This document shows, piece by piece, positions 27,431-36,442 of a stretch of 64,000 nucleotides of DNA. The stretch comes from a virus (Duplodnaviria > Caudoviricetes): positions 3,835-67,834 of IMG/VR virus record IMGVR_UViG_2529293058_000001; one strand, written 5' to 3'. A program made the position numbers and the translations under genes. Numbering within the stretch: the stretch's first letter is position 1; the number at the start of each line of letters is the position of its first letter. The notes under the pieces are model-generated. The model did not search any database and had not been told where the DNA came from. It saw only the letters and a program-made list of their open reading frames with translations.

Positions 27431-27769
27431 ATGGATAAGACGATCCGAGATACAATACTTGCTTATCCCGGTCTTGCCGACTGTGAAGATTTTTTGGACA
27501 ACGTCGTTTTGCCGGGACGCGGCCTTGAAGGTACAGAGGATAGTAAGACGATCGATATTCAAAAACAAAAGCTGGTGGCTGCCGACCTGTATTCAATGGT
27601 CGGTGGTCTACCGGACTTCACAGAAAACAAACTCTCTATCACTTATCCTCGTTCCTGGTATGACGCTACGGCAAAACGGCTGTATAGGGAAGGTGGAGAA
27701 CCGGAGAAAGCAGAACTGATCGGGAATAAGATTGAAGTTCCAAAAGGAAGGGCACGAAACAGATGGTAA
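27431..27769 (+). CDS. Head-tail connector protein
   Basis: Synteny and size. Confidence 0.55.
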   Translation: MDKTIRDTILAYPGLADCEDFLDNVVLPGRGLEGTEDSKTIDIQKQKLVAADLYSMVGGLPDFTENKLSITYPRSWYDATAKRLYREGGEPEKAELIGNKIEVPKGRARNRW

Positions 27770-28062
27770 GACGGTATTCACATAAAGCGATAGTAACAAT
27801 CCAATCCGGACAATTGGTAAAAGGGGAATGGGTTGCCGGAGAACCGACGGAAATAGAGGTTACAGGGCAATACTTTCCATCCAATAGCGGACAGCAATTG
27901 AAGCGGAATGTCGATGGGAAGGAATTTATCGTACACGGTGAGTTCTCGACAAAGGCCCGTCCTGTGGAAAATGCGAAGCATATCCGGATTGACAGTATCG
28001 CTCTCGATGTGGATATCATTAGCTGGGAACCGTTTCAGACTCACTCTGTAATCTATGTGTAG
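27763..28062 (+). CDS. Head closure-like protein
   Basis: Synteny and size. Confidence 0.5.
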   Translation: MVRRYSHKAIVTIQSGQLVKGEWVAGEPTEIEVTGQYFPSNSGQQLKRNVDGKEFIVHGEFSTKARPVENAKHIRIDSIALDVDIISWEPFQTHSVIYV

Positions 28063-28065
28063 CTT

Positions 28066-28548
28066 ATGGCAAGGAAAGGTGGTTTGACTCCGATGTGGAG
28101 CGATAGAGAAGTAGAACGTTGGTTCGATTATTATGTGGACCGGGCGGAAGAGCGGATATACAAATTATTGCAACGTGCCGGGGAAGAGTTCGTGAAGATT
28201 GCCCGAAAGAAAGGAAACTATCAGGATCATACTGGTAACCTCCGTAGCTCTATCGGTTATGTGATCGTCAAGGATGGCGATATATTGACCGAGAACTACG
28301 AGTTGTCAGATAAGAAAGGTACCGATAAATATACGGGATTGAGAGAGGCTAAAAGGCTCGTATCAGAATTACTACCCCTTTATAAGAATGGCTGGGTATT
28401 GATTGGTGTAGCCGCTATGCCTTATGCCAAGTATGTGGAAGCAATCGAAAATCTGGATGTTATCTCCGTTGCCACGGAACATGCCGAGGATTGGATCAAG
28501 AAACAGAGTCGAATGTTATTTGATAAACTCGCTGAGAAAGGATATTGA
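28066..28548 (+). CDS. HK97 gp10-like neck protein
   Basis: YQDHTGNLRSSI and AMPYAKYVE motifs. Confidence 0.75.
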   Translation: MARKGGLTPMWSDREVERWFDYYVDRAEERIYKLLQRAGEEFVKIARKKGNYQDHTGNLRSSIGYVIVKDGDILTENYELSDKKGTDKYTGLREAKRLVSELLPLYKNGWVLIGVAAMPYAKYVEAIENLDVISVATEHAEDWIKKQSRMLFDKLAEKGY

Positions 28549-28937
28549 ACATGGCTGATCAGTTTGATATAGTAGATATCGTGTATGATGCGGTTGAACC
28601 GGTCAGTACGAGCTTTATTCTGTACAAAGATCGCTCTGGTGATGGTGAGACAAAGAATCATATCACAATCCGGATGCTCACGTTAAATGAAACAGAGGTT
28701 GTGAATAAAGGTTCGGTTAATATCAACGTATTTGTGAAGAATCAAGCGAAAGGCAGGCCTGATCGACAGCTAATGAAAGGAGTGACACGAAAAGTTAAGT
28801 CTGCACTACGAAATATCACACCTCCTTTCGGCATGTATTGGAAATCTCGGATCGTATGGTCCGAACCTCTTGGCGAAGCAAAAGAAGGCTTCGATTGTAC
28901 GAATATAAGATTTGAAGTAATAACAGAAATAGATTAA
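28545..28937 (+). CDS. Tail terminator-like protein
   Basis: Position before the major tail gene; VNINVFV motif. Confidence 0.55.
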   Translation: MNMADQFDIVDIVYDAVEPVSTSFILYKDRSGDGETKNHITIRMLTLNETEVVNKGSVNINVFVKNQAKGRPDRQLMKGVTRKVKSALRNITPPFGMYWKSRIVWSEPLGEAKEGFDCTNIRFEVITEID

Positions 28938-28941
28938 GAAT

Positions 28942-29745
28942 ATGGCTAATGAAAGAAGTTTGGCGGTAGGCGTATCCTTCTTAGGATATGGTGACCCCGG
29001 TGATGGTGTTCCGGCCTCTATTTATACACAGTGTCCGATCGTTCATGAAGGCTCAGTTGCTTTCAATTTCAATGAAGCGACCTCTGTCGATTTCCGTGCG
29101 GAAGGGATGAAAGATCCCTGGGAGTCATTCGATAAGGCTGGCGACCCGGATAGTTTTGAATTTGCTATCCCGTCGCCGACAGCTCAGGAGATGCTCGCGT
29201 TTTGTGGTGGTTCTGTAAGTGGTGGTAAGTGGAATGCTCCGATTGATATTCCAAATATCCGCAAATCGTTCAAGATACAGACAACACCGTACAAAGGTAA
29301 GTATACGGAATATACATTTGCCATTTGTAAAGTCAGTGCCCGCTTGAGTCAGGCTCCGTCTTCAGAACAAACAGACCTTTTGCTAGTTAAATGTACCCGT
29401 TTGGCAGCAATTACCTCTGCTGGGCAGCAACGATCTTCGTTCGGTCGGGCGGTGATGAATGTAACCCTTACTCCGGTAACGGCAGTTGCAATCACCGGTA
29501 CACCCAGAGTTGGTGAAACGCTTATGGCCACCTTGACACCTGCGGAAGCGACTGGTGATTTCCAATGGCAACGTAAAGTGGATGGCCAGGGAGAAGCCCA
29601 AGATATTGAGGGGGCTATTGGTGACAGTTATATGATCCAGCCGGAAAATGAAGGCGATAAAATCCTTGTCAAGTTTATGGCAAACGGTTTGTATTCCGGA
29701 GAGAAGACAAGCGCAGAAACAGAAGCCGTACAAGCAGCAGAATAA
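28942..29745 (+). CDS. Major tail (tube) protein with C-terminal Ig-like domain
   Basis: C-terminal VAITGTPRVGETLMATL...FQWQR Ig-like segment. Confidence 0.75.
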   Translation: MANERSLAVGVSFLGYGDPGDGVPASIYTQCPIVHEGSVAFNFNEATSVDFRAEGMKDPWESFDKAGDPDSFEFAIPSPTAQEMLAFCGGSVSGGKWNAPIDIPNIRKSFKIQTTPYKGKYTEYTFAICKVSARLSQAPSSEQTDLLLVKCTRLAAITSAGQQRSSFGRAVMNVTLTPVTAVAITGTPRVGETLMATLTPAEATGDFQWQRKVDGQGEAQDIEGAIGDSYMIQPENEGDKILVKFMANGLYSGEKTSAETEAVQAAE

Positions 29746-29814
29746 TTAAGGACTGTTGTTTAGGTTATCGAAAGCCTCGGAACTATCCGGGGCTTTTATA
29801 TTTTAATCGAAAAT

Positions 29815-30354
29815 ATGAGTGTAAAACAAGTACTCCAGTTAGAAAGTGAATCCGTTTCTTGTCAGCCGGTAACCATTCCGTTTGAATTTACCCGGCTTGA
29901 ATCATTACCGGAAGGAAAGACGGTAGGGGATAGTATCGCCATAACCCCGATCACTGTCCGCACCTGGTTTCGAATAAAGCCTCTTTTGCTTTATATCGAT
30001 AAAGAGGATAGAGAGGTTTTGATTGCTGATAAGAATAAAGGATTTTCCAATCAGGTCGCCGAACTGATAGCCAAATATGACGAACTTATCTTTGAAATCG
30101 TATGTCTTGGCATTCATAATAAGAAAGGTGATATGCCGGCCTGGTTCCGGGAAGTTCTGAAAGACAACTGTACATGGGAGGATATCTATATCCTTCTGAA
30201 TGCCGTCTTGTACCGGGTAGGCTGTAACCCTTTTTCTCGTACTATCATAGCGCTGGAAGCTGTGAGCCCGTTAAGCGAAGTGGAGATAATAGCCCTTCAG
30301 AAAAACAGCGAGACATGGAAGAAGAAGGCCCTCAAAGCAGCTTCATGTTCTTAG
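29815..30354 (+). CDS. Tail assembly chaperone (gpG-like)
   Basis: Lies between the tube and tape measure genes; contains an in-frame slippery heptamer. Confidence 0.75.
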   Translation: MSVKQVLQLESESVSCQPVTIPFEFTRLESLPEGKTVGDSIAITPITVRTWFRIKPLLLYIDKEDREVLIADKNKGFSNQVAELIAKYDELIFEIVCLGIHNKKGDMPAWFREVLKDNCTWEDIYILLNAVLYRVGCNPFSRTIIALEAVSPLSEVEIIALQKNSETWKKKALKAASCS

Positions 30355-30578
30355 TGACCTGCAACGAGGCTTTCGGCTATTCTCATGAACAAATATTGGA
30401 TAGCAGCTTTGTTTTGTTGGTCGGCATGCTTCGTGAACGTGGTTATTTGATGAATCGAAGGGTCAAAGATTTTCATTCGGAAGATACGTCAATTAAAGAG
30501 GAAGATGGAGAATGGGTTGAAATGGTTGACTTCGATACAGGCCATGTGAAACGGATAAAGAAAGTTTTATCTGCATAA
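30228..30578 (+). CDS. -1 frameshift extension of the tail chaperone (gpGT-like)
   Basis: C CCT TTT at 30228-34 is in XXXYYYZ register; the -1 frame is open to 30578. Confidence 0.7.
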   Translation, partial: PFFSYYHSAGSCEPVKRSGDNSPSEKQRDMEEEGPQSSFMFLVTCNEAFGYSHEQILDSSFVLLVGMLRERGYLMNRRVKDFHSEDTSIKEEDGEWVEMVDFDTGHVKRIKKVLSA

Positions 30579-30687
30579 CTATATATTACATTGAAAGTAG
30601 AGAAAAGGTTTTGTCATAGTGATAAATTTTGATTTGTTTGGTAGTAAGAAAGCCCTGCGGACTGTGAAGTTAGCAGGGCTTTGTTCG

Positions 30688-30945
30688 TTAAAAAGATATC
30701 GGGTAACGTTCCGGATGAATTATGCTGTCAATCTCAAGATCCACATCGATTGCATCCCAACGCAACGATTCTTCATCCGGCATGGTTACATCCAATACAT
30801 CCGAGACTTTTGCATTTCTAAACCAAGGATATCTGTCATACGATAGATAATATTCCTTTCCTCCTACGAAAAGGAGGATACCGCGTGCATTAATCATTGT
30901 TACTTCCGCGGTGGTTGTTCCATTTTTCTCTAATAATACGCTCAT
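30688..30945 (-). CDS. DUF2442-family protein (TA partner)
   Basis: YYLSYDRYPWF...LRWDAIDVDLEIDSI motif. Confidence 0.8.
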   Translation of the reverse strand: MSVLLEKNGTTTAEVTMINARGILLFVGGKEYYLSYDRYPWFRNAKVSDVLDVTMPDEESLRWDAIDVDLEIDSIIHPERYPISF

Positions 30946-31138
30946 GTTTTTGTACCTCCTTTAGTATGTTTGAAATTTCAGTTGAAGAAAAACCTTTATT
31001 CTCAGCCAAAGAAATAGAAGGTTCTATCCAAATTTTAGCCTTTTTTTCTGCCTGTCTGATATGTATATGCATTCTGTTTTCTTCTAAAGAGAAGAAAAAG
31101 AAACGCATTCCATTTTTATAAAAAACCGTTGGACTCAT
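30890..31138 (-). CDS. DUF4160-family protein (TA partner)
   Basis: MRFFFFSLEE.RMHIHI...KAKIWIEP...LAENKGF; own TATATTTG promoter at about 31143-50. Confidence 0.8.
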   Translation of the reverse strand: MSPTVFYKNGMRFFFFSLEENRMHIHIRQAEKKAKIWIEPSISLAENKGFSSTEISNILKEVQKHERIIREKWNNHRGSNND

Positions 31139-31204
31139 ACAGCAAATATACAAAAGATTCCTGAATACAAATGCTTTTAGTTTATATTTTACCATAAACG
31201 CATT

Positions 31205-34200
31205 ATGGGAATTAGAAATAGGGAGGGAGCGCTATATGTTGCGACAGGATTTGATAACTCTGGCTTTTACGAGGGGAAACGCGAGGCTATGGGAATTATC
31301 AAGACTCTGGCAAGTGAGATTACCTCTTTTGACGTATTCGGTGGCATTGGTATTAGTGCGGCAACTGCTTTTGCACAGGCAGCAAAAAGCTCATACGACT
31401 TTGAAAAAGAGTTCCGGAAGAACATGCTGGAAGTGGCGACCATTTCCACGCAGGTGACGGATGATATGACCGGTTTTATGAATCAGGTTATGTCTATAAC
31501 CCAAGAGATACCGATCAAGGCTCCGGAGGCCGCTAAAGCACTTTATAGTATCGTTTCTGCCGGTCATGATGGGGCGGCTGGTATGAAAATTCTAGAAGTT
31601 TCGGCTAAAGCAGCCGTGGGAGGGCTTACAGAAACCGAGACGGCAGCCGATGCTGTTACAACGATCCTGAATGCTTATAAGATGTCAGCAGAGGAGGCCG
31701 GTACAGTCTCGGATCAGCTTTTTACAACTGTCCGATTGGGTAAGACTACATTTGGCGAATTAGGAGCCTCCATAGCCCAGGTTGCACCTATTGCGGCCGC
31801 ATACGGGATCAGTATTGATCAGGTGTTGGGTGCAGTCGCTTCATTGACCAAACAAGGAACGCCGACATCGCAGGCAATGACCCAAATCCGGGCTGCTATC
31901 CAGGGTACTGCTGGGGAACTTGGGGATGCCGCTTTTCAAGGGCGTACTTTCCAGGAAGCATTGCAGTTGATTAATGAGAAGGCTGGCGGTTCTGCTTCTA
32001 AGATGAAGGAAATGCTCGGTACGGATGAAGGATTGGCTGCAACATTGGCTTTGACCGGAAAGAATGCTAAGTCGGCAGCGAGTGATCTCGGAGAGTTACA
32101 GAACTCTTTAGGAGCTACGGAAGCCGCGTTTGAGAAGATGAAAGATGCTGCAGACAATCAGCTTACATTGTTGGCTAATAATGTACAGGCCTATTTGCGT
32201 CCTTTGGGAGAGAAGATTCTGAAAGAAGTCTCCGATATTGCCAAGGCTTTTAATGAAGCATTTGAGAATAACGATATAGAAGGTACAATATCAAACCTTG
32301 AATCGTTGGTAAAGAATGCAGCTGGAGCTTTTCTTTCATATAAAACAGCTATTCTATTAGTTCAGGTAGCTCAACATTCGTATATAAAATCATCTGCTCT
32401 AAGCCGATTAGCGACAATTCAACATACGACAGCTACAGCATTACTTACCGGTGCTTTAAGAAAACAGGCTGTTGCTATGTTGGCAGCAGGAAAGGCAGCT
32501 CTTACAAACCCATATGTATTAGCAGTGGCAGGTGTTACCGCATTGGGATATGCAATATTCAAACTTGCGACACAGGCTACAGCTTCGGAAAAGGCGTTGG
32601 CTGCTCATAATAAGAGAGTCGCAGAAATGAGAGAATGGTCTGATGGAATGAGAAGCCAGACGGAAGAAATGTTGGGTGTGTTGCAAGATGAAAATAAGTC
32701 CACTTTGCAAAAGGTTGAAGCTTATAAAAAGTTACAAGAGCTTTATCCGAATGAATTGAAGAATCTTTCTCTACAGAAATTCCTTTTAATGGATATGGTT
32801 GAAGTCAACAAGATGTTGTCCAAGTCGATAGATGATCGTACTATGGCACAACAACGTGCCACTGTGAATTCCATTGAAGAAGAGATGGCTAAAAATAGTA
32901 AACGGATTTCTCAATTAGATAAAAAAAGTTGGATTGACACTAGCTTCCCGGAAGCACTTGAATTACGTCGGTTGCGAAAACGGAATGAGCAGCTAAAGAT
33001 AGAACATGAGAAAGCAGTAGAGATCGTTGTACAAGGATTAAAAGATCGTACAAAAGCAGAGGCTTTGGTAAATAGCCAATCAGAACAAGAAGAGACGAAG
33101 TTTGCAAAACCTGTAGATCAGAAAGAACTTGAGAAACAGAAAAAACTTCAAAAGGAACTCTTATCCCTTCGTTGTCAAAACCAGCAATCCGAAATTGACC
33201 TGATGAAAGAAGGTTCCGACAAGAAGATCGCCCAGTTGAATCTTGATTATGACAGAGAGTTGGATACTATCCGTGCAAGAGAAAAAGAATGGAGAGAGGC
33301 ACAAGGCGGAAAGTTGACTAAAGAGCAGACGATTGAGATCCGAATGGCAAAAGTCAATGCTGGGGCCAAATTAGGAAATGCGACATCTGATGTTATCCAT
33401 GAGCAGATTGAAGCAGAAGAACGCGCCATGAACGAATACTTGAAAGAATATGGTTCATATTTGGAAAAGCGTCAGGCTATCACGGAGCTTTATAATGAGA
33501 AGATAGCAAAGGCCACAACGGAAGGTGAACGGCTTTCCCTTGCAGAAGGTATGAAGAAAGAGCTGGCGGACGTGGATAATGAAGCCCAAAAGAGCACCTC
33601 CATCATCACCCGGTTGTTTGATGATATGAGTAAAAAGAATATCACCTCTATTCGTGCCATTGCGGATGAAGCGGAAAAATTCTTGTCTTTTCTTGAAAGA
33701 GGGGAATATTCCTCTGATAATTCATTCGGTATTACCAAAGAACAGTTTGATGTGCTTCGCAAGTCACCGGATCAGTTGAAGGCCATCAAGGATGAAATAG
33801 CCAATGTTCGCCGTGAAGCTGACCAAATGGAAACCTCTTTTAATAAAGTTTCAAATGGCTTGAAAAAAGTCTTTACCTCTGAAAGTGATGCCAAGAAGTT
33901 AAAAGAAGGTTTGGCAGAAATAGAAGAGGGCATGAGTGAAATTATGCAGACCGGACAGTTCCTCTCTGATACGTTTTCGAAGCTCGGAGATTCGTTTGGT
34001 GGTGTATTCGGTGGGATAGCTGAAGGTTTCAGTGTGGCTATGGACACTGTAAGTTCTGCAATGAACGGTGCGAAAGCCGGTTCCATGTTCGGTCCGATCG
34101 GTGCGTCTGCCGGTGCTGCCATTGGCGTTGTTACATCTTTGGCCGGTGCCATCGCCAAAATCCATGACAAGAAGAACGAAAAACGTATTCAGCGGTTGCA

Positions 34201-35140
34201 GGATCAGATCGACACATTGGATAAATCATACGAAAAATTGGATAAATCCATTCAGAAGGCTTATTCGAATGATGCTTCCCGATTGATCGATCAGCAGAAC
34301 AAACTGTTGGAACAACAGAAAGTTTTAATCCAACAACAAATCCGTGAAGAACAGGATAAAAAGAATACCGATAAGGATAGGATAAAAGAATGGCAAAGCC
34401 AAATTGACGAGATAAACGAAGCCATAGCGGACAACAAGGAGAAGGCCAAAGATGCCATCTTCGGGGAAGACCTGAAATCCGCCATTGACAACTTCGCTAA
34501 CGCACAAGCCGAAGCGTGGGCTTCCGGTGAAGACCGGGCAGAATCGGCAAAGGATACTGTCAAAAAGATGATGCGCCAGATGGTCACAGAATCCATCAAG
34601 GCAGCAACGGAATCTTCCGGTGCGATGGAGAAGATTCGTGACAAACTGAAGGAGTTCTATGCCGACAATGTCCTTTCCGGCTGGGAACAGGATTATATCT
34701 ATAACATGGCGGAAGAACTGCAAAAGGAGATTGACAGGCAGTTCGGTTGGGCTGATAGCCTAATGAAAGATAAGGTGGAAGAGCCGGAGAAAGAAGAAGA
34801 TATATCCGAAAATACCCTGAAAGGCGCATATGCCAAAGCTTCCCAGGAAAGCATCGACCTATTGGCCGGTCAGACCGGGGCCGTCCGTGTCCTGTTGGAA
34901 GACATCCGCGGCAGTATGCAACCGATCCGGGAACAAATGAGGCTGATCTATGATATGCAATCCAGAGGTTGGGAAGAAGTGAAGGCCATCCGCGAACTAT
35001 CAGATAAAGTGGAAAAGAATACCGATCGGATCGCCGAGAATACGAGAGAGATCAAAGAGGTTGCCGGTAAGATATCGGAGAACACCAGAGGCACGGTTGA
35101 TGCCTTGGAAGGTACTATTAACGTAAAAGTAAAAATGTAG
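31205..35140 (+). CDS. Tape measure protein (TP901-like core)
   Basis: 1311 aa, helical and Ala-rich; TTVRLGKTTFGEL motif. Confidence 0.93.
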   Translation: MGIRNREGALYVATGFDNSGFYEGKREAMGIIKTLASEITSFDVFGGIGISAATAFAQAAKSSYDFEKEFRKNMLEVATISTQVTDDMTGFMNQVMSITQEIPIKAPEAAKALYSIVSAGHDGAAGMKILEVSAKAAVGGLTETETAADAVTTILNAYKMSAEEAGTVSDQLFTTVRLGKTTFGELGASIAQVAPIAAAYGISIDQVLGAVASLTKQGTPTSQAMTQIRAAIQGTAGELGDAAFQGRTFQEALQLINEKAGGSASKMKEMLGTDEGLAATLALTGKNAKSAASDLGELQNSLGATEAAFEKMKDAADNQLTLLANNVQAYLRPLGEKILKEVSDIAKAFNEAFENNDIEGTISNLESLVKNAAGAFLSYKTAILLVQVAQHSYIKSSALSRLATIQHTTATALLTGALRKQAVAMLAAGKAALTNPYVLAVAGVTALGYAIFKLATQATASEKALAAHNKRVAEMREWSDGMRSQTEEMLGVLQDENKSTLQKVEAYKKLQELYPNELKNLSLQKFLLMDMVEVNKMLSKSIDDRTMAQQRATVNSIEEEMAKNSKRISQLDKKSWIDTSFPEALELRRLRKRNEQLKIEHEKAVEIVVQGLKDRTKAEALVNSQSEQEETKFAKPVDQKELEKQKKLQKELLSLRCQNQQSEIDLMKEGSDKKIAQLNLDYDRELDTIRAREKEWREAQGGKLTKEQTIEIRMAKVNAGAKLGNATSDVIHEQIEAEERAMNEYLKEYGSYLEKRQAITELYNEKIAKATTEGERLSLAEGMKKELADVDNEAQKSTSIITRLFDDMSKKNITSIRAIADEAEKFLSFLERGEYSSDNSFGITKEQFDVLRKSPDQLKAIKDEIANVRREADQMETSFNKVSNGLKKVFTSESDAKKLKEGLAEIEEGMSEIMQTGQFLSDTFSKLGDSFGGVFGGIAEGFSVAMDTVSSAMNGAKAGSMFGPIGASAGAAIGVVTSLAGAIAKIHDKKNEKRIQRLQDQIDTLDKSYEKLDKSIQKAYSNDASRLIDQQNKLLEQQKVLIQQQIREEQDKKNTDKDRIKEWQSQIDEINEAIADNKEKAKDAIFGEDLKSAIDNFANAQAEAWASGEDRAESAKDTVKKMMRQMVTESIKAATESSGAMEKIRDKLKEFYADNVLSGWEQDYIYNMAEELQKEIDRQFGWADSLMKDKVEEPEKEEDISENTLKGAYAKASQESIDLLAGQTGAVRVLLEDIRGSMQPIREQMRLIYDMQSRGWEEVKAIRELSDKVEKNTDRIAENTREIKEVAGKISENTRGTVDALEGTINVKVKM

Positions 35141-35144
35141 CATT

Positions 35145-35549
35145 ATGGATAAAGAGTTTTTTGAGATAGCAAACCGGTTAGGTGCCTGCCGGTTGTTGCA
35201 TGGTACGGAAAACAAAGAAGAGCTTATGCGCCTTCTGCTGACACCGCAGGGTACGGAGTTCTGCATGAAGAATAATTTCCCGTCTATGGAACAATTACGA
35301 GAGTTCCGGGGCAAGAAGGCCGAAAGCATGGGAATCTATATCGAGACGGACGTGAAACTGACGAATCCGGTGAAGGTATTCCTGGCCGGTTCCAAGGCAA
35401 TCCTTCATTTTGATACGATCGGCCGCTACAACGTGATCCTGATGCACGGGGCGGAAGCCGAGATCCATGCGAGTAACTATGCCGTGGTGTTCGTAAAGAA
35501 CGCTGGCGGTAAGGTAATAACTCATAAAGACAAAAGACCTATATACTGA
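35145..35549 (+). CDS. Hypothetical tail-region protein (C-terminus possibly altered by deletion)
   Basis: Post-TMP position; terminal KRPIY may be out-of-frame sequence from the next gene. Confidence 0.65.
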   Translation: MDKEFFEIANRLGACRLLHGTENKEELMRLLLTPQGTEFCMKNNFPSMEQLREFRGKKAESMGIYIETDVKLTNPVKVFLAGSKAILHFDTIGRYNVILMHGAEAEIHASNYAVVFVKNAGGKVITHKDKRPIY

Positions 35550-36441
35550 ATGGGGATGTAAATTATTGGAAGGTTCTTTTGATGATCTTCTGAAATACCC
35601 CAAACGTAAGGCAGTCAAATATAACAACTGGGCGGAAGCCGACGGGATCGATCCCGATCTGTCGGTTGTGGAGTTCGAACCTAAGACCGTCAAGTTGAAA
35701 TTCCTCATGAAGGCAGAAACGCTTGAGCAGTTCCGGTCCGGGTATAGAAAGTTTGTTGCTGATCTGTCCGCACCGGGCTATCGGGAATTCAATCTTATTG
35801 CCGGTATGACCAACCGCTTACGATTCAATGTCGGCTCTTCTCACGAACAGCCTGTGCCATTTAATGCAGGGGAGAACGTATCTGTGTTTGAACTTTCTTT
35901 TGTCGAGGACAATCATGCCATTTATCCGGCAACTCCGGCCGGCGGTATCGGGCTTCGCGGGCAGTATGCGATTAATGGGATAGACTTTGCAGACTTCGGT
36001 ATAGGATCGGACGATAACCAGGAGGACATCTTGAAATATCCTGCGGTTAAGGCGCCGTTCACCGATGGCCGTACGGTAGACCTTTCGACAATCAAAACCC
36101 TGCATCGGGAAATAAAACTGTCCCTTTGGATGTTGGCCGGCAGTGTGGAAGAGTTTCTGAATAATTATCGGGCATTCTTTAGCCAGATATCCGGTGTAGG
36201 AAATCAGGAATTATATATTAAGACGTTGGATGGTATCATTCAGGTGTACTATACTGATTGCCCGTCCTTTTCTGTGGAAGTCTGGCAGGAGAACCGGATA
36301 GGAGCAAGATTCACTATTTCTGTTGTTGTTCCCGTAGTGAGTTGGATAGATGCTGGCGGTGATGTTCGTTACCGTGTGCTGAAGGATCCGGATTTGGGGT
36401 TATTGGCAGACGAGCAAGGTAGAATAATAGTTTTCAATTGA
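35533..36441 (+). CDS. Distal-tail (Dit)-like protein lacking a clear start codon
   Basis: Frame opens after TAA 35518 and reads KDLYTEWGCKLLEGS; the first usable start is TTG 35566. Two repeated domains. Confidence 0.6.
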   Translation, partial: KDLYTEWGCKLLEGSFDDLLKYPKRKAVKYNNWAEADGIDPDLSVVEFEPKTVKLKFLMKAETLEQFRSGYRKFVADLSAPGYREFNLIAGMTNRLRFNVGSSHEQPVPFNAGENVSVFELSFVEDNHAIYPATPAGGIGLRGQYAINGIDFADFGIGSDDNQEDILKYPAVKAPFTDGRTVDLSTIKTLHREIKLSLWMLAGSVEEFLNNYRAFFSQISGVGNQELYIKTLDGIIQVYYTDCPSFSVEVWQENRIGARFTISVVVPVVSWIDAGGDVRYRVLKDPDLGLLADEQGRIIVFN

Positions 36442-36442
36442 T

